A model generated the notes under the pieces. It did no database searches. It was given only the letters and a program-made list of their open reading frames with translations, and was not told where the DNA came from. From Promethearchaeota archaeon (lineage in GTDB: Archaea; Asgardarchaeota; Lokiarchaeia; Sigyniarchaeales; SOKP01), in NCBI GenBank assembly GCA_048940925.1, contig JBHLOC010000074.1:1-12924 (forward strand): a DNA stretch of 12,924 bases, written 5' to 3'. Shown here piece after piece: positions 8,542-12,924 of this stretch. The position numbers and the translations under genes are program-made. Position 1 is the first letter of the stretch; every line of letters begins with the position of its first letter.

Positions 8542-9261
8542 TTATTTTATATTTAAGACTTTTTTTTGAATTTTTATTAATTCAAAGATACCCTTTTCTC
8601 CTAAATCAATTATTTCATAAATTTTTTTTTTATTAAACGCAGCTCCTTCGGCAGTACCCTGAATTTCAATAATCTCTGAATATTCATTCATTACGAGATT
8701 GAAATCAACATCCACTTTTGAATCCTCAGCATAATTCAAATCAAGTGAGATTTCACTATCTTTTATACCTACTGAAATTGCGGCAACAACTTTGTATTCT
8801 GGAAATTCATAAATTAATTGTTGATCATACATATAATTAATTGCATCAAAAACTGCAATAAATGCCCCGGTAATTGATGCACATCTAGTACCGCCATCTG
8901 CTTGTATTACATCACAGTCGATCCTTATTGTATATTCCCCGAGCTTTTCATAATTAAACGCAGCTCGCATAGATCGTCCAATTAAACGTTGAATTTCCAT
9001 AGATCTTCCCCGATAGGTTTCTCTTTGATTTCTTGTTTGTGTTGCTCTAGGAAGCATTGAATATTCTGCTGTTATCCATCCTGTTCCTGTATCTAATAAA
9101 AATCTTGGTACCGATTCCATCACTGACGCAGTTATAATGATTTTCGTGTGTCCTTGAGTTATTAATACAGATCCTTCAGGATATTTAAGATAATTTCGTT
9201 TAATTGTGGTTTTTCTTATCTCATCATTTTTGCGACCATCAAACCTTATTTTCTGACTCAT
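8542..9261 (-). CDS. rph: Ribonuclease PH (bacterial type)
   Basis: 239 aa. RFDGR, EGSVL, GWITAEYSMLPRAT, EIQRLIGRS, DCDVIQADGGTRCASITGA, DLNYAEDS, IEIQGTAEG. Confidence 0.95.
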   Translation of the reverse strand: MSQKIRFDGRKNDEIRKTTIKRNYLKYPEGSVLITQGHTKIIITASVMESVPRFLLDTGTGWITAEYSMLPRATQTRNQRETYRGRSMEIQRLIGRSMRAAFNYEKLGEYTIRIDCDVIQADGGTRCASITGAFIAVFDAINYMYDQQLIYEFPEYKVVAAISVGIKDSEISLDLNYAEDSKVDVDFNLVMNEYSEIIEIQGTAEGAAFNKKKIYEIIDLGEKGIFELIKIQKKVLNIK

Positions 9262-9275
9262 CGAAAGTAAACCAT

Positions 9276-9333
9276 TTTTTACTAAAAAAAGTATATAAGT
9301 ATATTTTTTGTCAAGTAAAAACGTTACTAAAAA
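9276..9333. repeat. Cluster of short direct and inverted repeats upstream of rph
   Basis: TTACTAAAAA at 9279-9288 and 9324-9333; tandem AAGTATAT x2 at 9289-9304; inverted pair TTTTTACT (9276-9283) / AGTAAAAA (9314-9321). Confidence 0.35.
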
Positions 9334-9347
9334 TGACTTAAATTCTG

Positions 9348-10451
9348 CTATTTAAAAATAGGATAAGATCCTAATAGTTTATACCATATCACAATCTCAT
9401 TCATTTCATTTAATACTTCTTTTATTTTAGTATCTTCACTGTTACCTTCAAAATCCATTAGAAATATATATTCCCATCGACCTTTTCTCCGTGGTCGAGA
9501 TTCAATTTTCATTAAATTAATACCTGCGTCAGCAAAAATTTTGAGAACTCGGTATAAAGCTCCTGGAACATGCTTAGTGACAAAAACTATAGATGTTTTA
9601 ACTTTAGGTGCTTTTAGTTTATTCTCTTTTTTAGAAATTATTAAAAACCGTGTGTAATTTGAAGGATTGTCTTCAATCTTAGAATTAAGAACTTTTAAAT
9701 TATATCTTTTGCTCGCGAATTCAGTACCAATGGCTGCATATGATTTATCATTTAATTCGTTTACTCTATGAACAGCTTCAGCTGTTGAATTAACATTAAT
9801 TACATTAACATTAGGTAAATATTTTTTAAGCCAAGATCTCGTCTGAGCAAAAGCTTGAGGATGAGAAATAATATTTTTAATCATGGATAAATCAGATTTT
9901 TCTAGAGAAATTAAATTTTGAATAATTCTCAACTCAACTTCCCCATATATTGTGAGATTTTTTTCAATTAGTAAGTCTAGAGTTTCTCTTACAGTACCTT
10001 GAAGGCTATTTTCAATTGGAATAACTCCAAATTCAATAATATCTTTTTCTATACTTTCAAAAATCTCTGAAGTACTATTAAATGTTTTGAATTCTGATCC
10101 AGCTTTTGGAAAATATTCTAGAGCTGCTTGATGGGTAAATGTTCCTTCTGGTCCAAGATACCCCACTTTATTAATATCTCCTTGAATCAATTTGCTAGCA
10201 CTCATAATCTCTTTCCAAATTGCATCAATACTCCCGTTTTTAAAAACTGTTGCTTTATTTTTTAGTCTTTCAATAATCTCTTTTTCTCTTTGTGACTGTG
10301 ATACTTTTAAATTTAATTTTTGTTTTAAATTACCAATATCTATTACTAATTTTCCCCGTTTGTTTAAGAGATCTATAATTGAATCATCAATTTTATCGAT
10401 TTTGTCCCTTAAAATTCTTAGATCTTTCTCTAGGTTGTTGTTTTCACTCAT
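9348..10451 (-). CDS. pheA: Chorismate mutase / prephenate dehydratase (P-protein: AroQ + PDT + ACT)
   Basis: LRDKIDKIDDSIIDLLNKR (AroQ), YLGPEGTFT, PIENS, SHPQAFAQ, NYTRF, PGAL, KIESRP, LLGSYP. Start placed at ATG 10451 (MSENN, 367 aa). Confidence 0.95.
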   Translation of the reverse strand: MSENNNLEKDLRILRDKIDKIDDSIIDLLNKRGKLVIDIGNLKQKLNLKVSQSQREKEIIERLKNKATVFKNGSIDAIWKEIMSASKLIQGDINKVGYLGPEGTFTHQAALEYFPKAGSEFKTFNSTSEIFESIEKDIIEFGVIPIENSLQGTVRETLDLLIEKNLTIYGEVELRIIQNLISLEKSDLSMIKNIISHPQAFAQTRSWLKKYLPNVNVINVNSTAEAVHRVNELNDKSYAAIGTEFASKRYNLKVLNSKIEDNPSNYTRFLIISKKENKLKAPKVKTSIVFVTKHVPGALYRVLKIFADAGINLMKIESRPRRKGRWEYIFLMDFEGNSEDTKIKEVLNEMNEIVIWYKLLGSYPIFK

Positions 10452-10482
10452 TTTAAAAATTGTAGTGCTTTTAGTATAAAAA

Positions 10483-10497
10483 TAATAAAATTTTTCG
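10483..10497 (-). promoter_or_regulatory. Putative archaeal promoter (BRE + TATA) for pheA
   Basis: Minus strand CGAAAAA-TTTTATTA, with the TATA element 32-39 nt upstream of ATG 10451. An alternative TTTATA lies at 10480-10475. Confidence 0.4.
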
Positions 10498-10501
10498 TTA
10501 A

Positions 10502-12178
10502 TCAAAAAAGTTGTTCAATATTTAATTCAAATGCTGCAACAGGAAATTCTAGCTTAAAATTCACTAAAACTTCTGGATGTATTTCACCAATTTCTCCGAG
10601 GGAAGAATCATTCAAATAAATTTCCCCATATCGACCTTCTATATAGCTCTGATTTTTAGCAGGTCTAACTTCATAATTATCGTAAATCCCAAGTGAGGTC
10701 ATTATGAAGTCTAAAGTGGACTTTATTTCCGTATAATCTGCATCTTCATGATAAGAAACAGCAGATAAATGAACTTCACTTTTAGCTCCAGTCTCCTCTT
10801 TTTTTGATAGTAATATTACATCTCCCACCTCAAAAATTCTAATAGGTTTTTCTTCAGATCTATTTAACAGTAATGTGTCCATTAACTTTGGTAGAATTCT
10901 CGTTCTAGTTGTATTATACTCTTTAGAGACGGGATTTGCAATTTTTACAATTTTCCTCTTTTCAAACTCTTGTTTCATGTAATTAAATTGTTTTTCTGAA
11001 CTTGTTAAAATAAAATTAAGAACTTCTAAGTATCCTGCTCCAATCATAATTTTTCTTATTCTATTTGAGAAATCCTGCAGTGGATGAAATTCACCAATTC
11101 CACCTTCACGAATTGTTAGTGGTAAATTGAAGTACCCATACCCTATTGCGCATTCTTCGGTAAAATCAGTAGGATGCATAATATCTCCCCTGTAAGCAGG
11201 TACCCAAATATCTAAATAACCTTTCTTTTTAGACTCTTCAGCATTCATTCTAACTTTATTAAAGCATTTTATCATTTCTGAAATTTGTAAATTCAATCCA
11301 ATGACATCATTAATATAGTTGCTATTAACCTCCCATCTTTTAGGATTCAAATTAGGTGTAATAATTTCTTTGCCTCGTTCATAATTTACATTAACACTTT
11401 CAAGTTTTGCTCCCATATCTGCTAATGTCGTAGATAAAATATTTAACGCTAAATTTACTGCATTAAAGTCGGTGCCGGTTAAGTCTAAGAATAAATTCTT
11501 AGTATCATCAGTAACTGTAGTTAATTCTCCATTTATTATAGGAGGAAATGAAAGAACTTCATTCTTACTATCAAAAATTATTGGGTATACCTCCTTTCCT
11601 TCTAAAATATGAGCATATTCAATTCCCTTTTCATGAAGTAATAAAATTTCCTCTAAATTCATTGGATATCCATCACCATGTAAAGGTACAAAACTAACAG
11701 AATCTGGTTTCACTGCTGTATATCTATAAGGTGGTACAATATTATCTAAATCATGAACACCTATTGCTACTTTCTTCCTATTTCTTCCCACTGCCCAATG
11801 TAAATGTTCTTGAATATTCATCAAAGTTGCTACTTCATCCTCATCTAAATCAATGTCTCGAATTATTCCACATACAATATAAGGTCTAACCTTTTTAACC
11901 ATTGGATCAACGTTTAATGTAATATCTCCTGGCGTAATTTCGTATGAGGGGAGTCCCATTTCAATTTCGTAATATCCTCTAAGAGCTCTAGCAATGCCCT
12001 CTGGGCTAGAAAAATCAGGTCTATTTGGATTATATTCTACCTTAATTTTTTGATCTTCTTCATTGATATCTTCCAAATCTAAACTTATCCACTGTAAATC
12101 ATATTCCAAATCTTTAATATTCAACTTCTTTCCAACTAATCTTTCCAATCTTTCTATTTTTAATTCAATTGTAGGCAT
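10502..12178 (-). CDS. pheT: Phenylalanine--tRNA ligase beta subunit, archaeal/eukaryotic type
   Basis: 558 aa from MPTIEL. VEYNPNRPD, QEHLH..GRNRKKVAIGVHDLD, SFPPIING, YRGDIMHPTDFTEE..IGYGY, GEIHPEVL. No bacterial B2 OB insert or B8 anticodon-binding domain. Confidence 0.96.
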   Translation of the reverse strand: MPTIELKIERLERLVGKKLNIKDLEYDLQWISLDLEDINEEDQKIKVEYNPNRPDFSSPEGIARALRGYYEIEMGLPSYEITPGDITLNVDPMVKKVRPYIVCGIIRDIDLDEDEVATLMNIQEHLHWAVGRNRKKVAIGVHDLDNIVPPYRYTAVKPDSVSFVPLHGDGYPMNLEEILLLHEKGIEYAHILEGKEVYPIIFDSKNEVLSFPPIINGELTTVTDDTKNLFLDLTGTDFNAVNLALNILSTTLADMGAKLESVNVNYERGKEIITPNLNPKRWEVNSNYINDVIGLNLQISEMIKCFNKVRMNAEESKKKGYLDIWVPAYRGDIMHPTDFTEECAIGYGYFNLPLTIREGGIGEFHPLQDFSNRIRKIMIGAGYLEVLNFILTSSEKQFNYMKQEFEKRKIVKIANPVSKEYNTTRTRILPKLMDTLLLNRSEEKPIRIFEVGDVILLSKKEETGAKSEVHLSAVSYHEDADYTEIKSTLDFIMTSLGIYDNYEVRPAKNQSYIEGRYGEIYLNDSSLGEIGEIHPEVLVNFKLEFPVAAFELNIEQLF

Positions 12179-12184
12179 ATTTTT

Positions 12185-12191
12185 CCACCTC
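12185..12191 (-). promoter_or_regulatory. Shine-Dalgarno site of pheT overlapping the pheS stop codon
   Basis: Minus strand AAATGAGGTGGAAAAATATG: GAGGTGG lies 6 nt before ATG 12178. Confidence 0.7.
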
Positions 12192-12924
12192 ATTTAAGAT
12201 ATGACTGCTGTCTTAACCACTTAATTGGATTGATGTAAAAATCACGCATATCTTCTCGCCCATAATAAGGCATCGCAATCCTTTCTAAACCTAGGCCCCA
12301 TGCTAAAACACGTGTAGGCTCTTTAATTCCCCATGGATACGTAACTTCTGGTCTAAATATTCCCGACCCCCCCATTTCTAACCATTCACCTAATTTATCG
12401 TAATAAACTGCAACTTCCATACTAGGTTCAGTATAAGGAAAAAATCCTGGTCTGGTGACAATCTTTTTAAAACCTATTTTTCGATAAAATTCTGATAATA
12501 AACCAATTAAATCACACAAAGTTGCATTGTCATCAATAACGATACCCTCGACCTGAGTGAATTCTGCTAAGTGAGATTTATCAACTCTTTCATTTCGAAA
12601 AACTCTATCTACACAAAAAACCTTTACTGGCACTTTATCATCCTCCCTATAAAATTGTGCCAATCTACGCATTGTTGTAGAAGTTGTGTGTGTCCTCAAT
12701 ACTATCTTTTTTGCAGTTTCAAGATCCCATTTATAACCCCAACCAATCGAACCTGAATCTCCTCCACTTTCATGGGTCTCCTGAACAGCTAAAACTCTGT
12801 CTCTTTCTGGTAATTTTGCAATTTTTGGATTATCTAAATAGAAAGTATCTTGCATTTCACGAGCTGGATGATCTTGTGGTTGAAATAAAGCATCAAAACA
12901 ATAAAAAGCACTTTCAACAATAGG
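12190..12924 (-). CDS. pheS: Phenylalanine--tRNA ligase alpha subunit, archaeal/eukaryotic type (5'-truncated by the window edge)
   Basis: The frame stays open beyond the listed ATG to the edge: PIVESAFYCFDALFQPQDHPAREMQDTF. Also LRTHTT, VFRNE..DKSHLAEFTQVEG, FFPYTEPS, GSGIFRPE, AWGLGLERIAM. Confidence 0.97.
   Translation of the reverse strand, partial: PIVESAFYCFDALFQPQDHPAREMQDTFYLDNPKIAKLPERDRVLAVQETHESGGDSGSIGWGYKWDLETAKKIVLRTHTTSTTMRRLAQFYREDDKVPVKVFCVDRVFRNERVDKSHLAEFTQVEGIVIDDNATLCDLIGLLSEFYRKIGFKKIVTRPGFFPYTEPSMEVAVYYDKLGEWLEMGGSGIFRPEVTYPWGIKEPTRVLAWGLGLERIAMPYYGREDMRDFYINPIKWLRQQSYLK

Noticed and set aside
9309-9314. Perfect TTGACA (-35 box) upstream of rph on the minus strand
   Set aside because: TATACT hexamers lie at spacings of 5 and 13 nt, not 16-18, so there is no valid sigma70 promoter.
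10192-10479. 95-aa hydrophobic plus-strand ORF
   Set aside because: Antisense to the Lys/Glu-rich AroQ domain of pheA, which explains its hydrophobicity.
10452-10505. N-terminal extension of PheA overlapping the pheT stop
   Set aside because: Non-ATG start and AT-rich promoter-like sequence; ATG 10451 fits the AroQ domain start.
12190-12193. ATGA overlap start for pheT (MRWKN...)
   Set aside because: The conserved MPTI start at 12178 has a well-spaced SD, and the extra codons simply span the SD and spacer.
12571-12923. Two short plus-strand ORFs (61 aa and 79 aa)
   Set aside because: Antisense shadows of pheS.
1-12924. CRISPR arrays, tRNA/rRNA genes, IS elements, recoded stop codons
   Set aside because: No regularly spaced repeats, GC-rich structured segments or transposase ORFs were seen, and all genes read intact in the standard code.

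Overview
Very AT-rich prokaryotic window, most likely archaeal (archaeal/eukaryotic-type PheRS, BRE/TATA-like promoters, mostly no SD sites). A Lokiarchaeia/Asgard-like origin is a plausible guess but cannot be proven from this window. The left part (1-8505) is a surface-glycan cluster: membrane GT2, TagB/TagF-family CDP-polyol phosphotransferase, Bcs1/Acs1-like bifunctional CDP-ribitol synthase (IspD/TarI-type cytidylyltransferase fused to an SDR reductase), GT4, GDP-mannose 4,6-dehydratase/RMD-family enzyme, and a sulfatase-fold protein lacking the formylglycine motif. The right part (8542-12924, minus strand) is pheS (5'-truncated), pheT, pheA (chorismate mutase-prephenate dehydratase) and a bacterial-type RNase PH. 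The best candidate for an undescribed system is a teichoic-acid-like ribitol-phosphate pathway in an apparent archaeon. The second is bacterial RNase PH next to archaeal housekeeping genes. No RNA genes, CRISPR arrays or mobile elements were seen.
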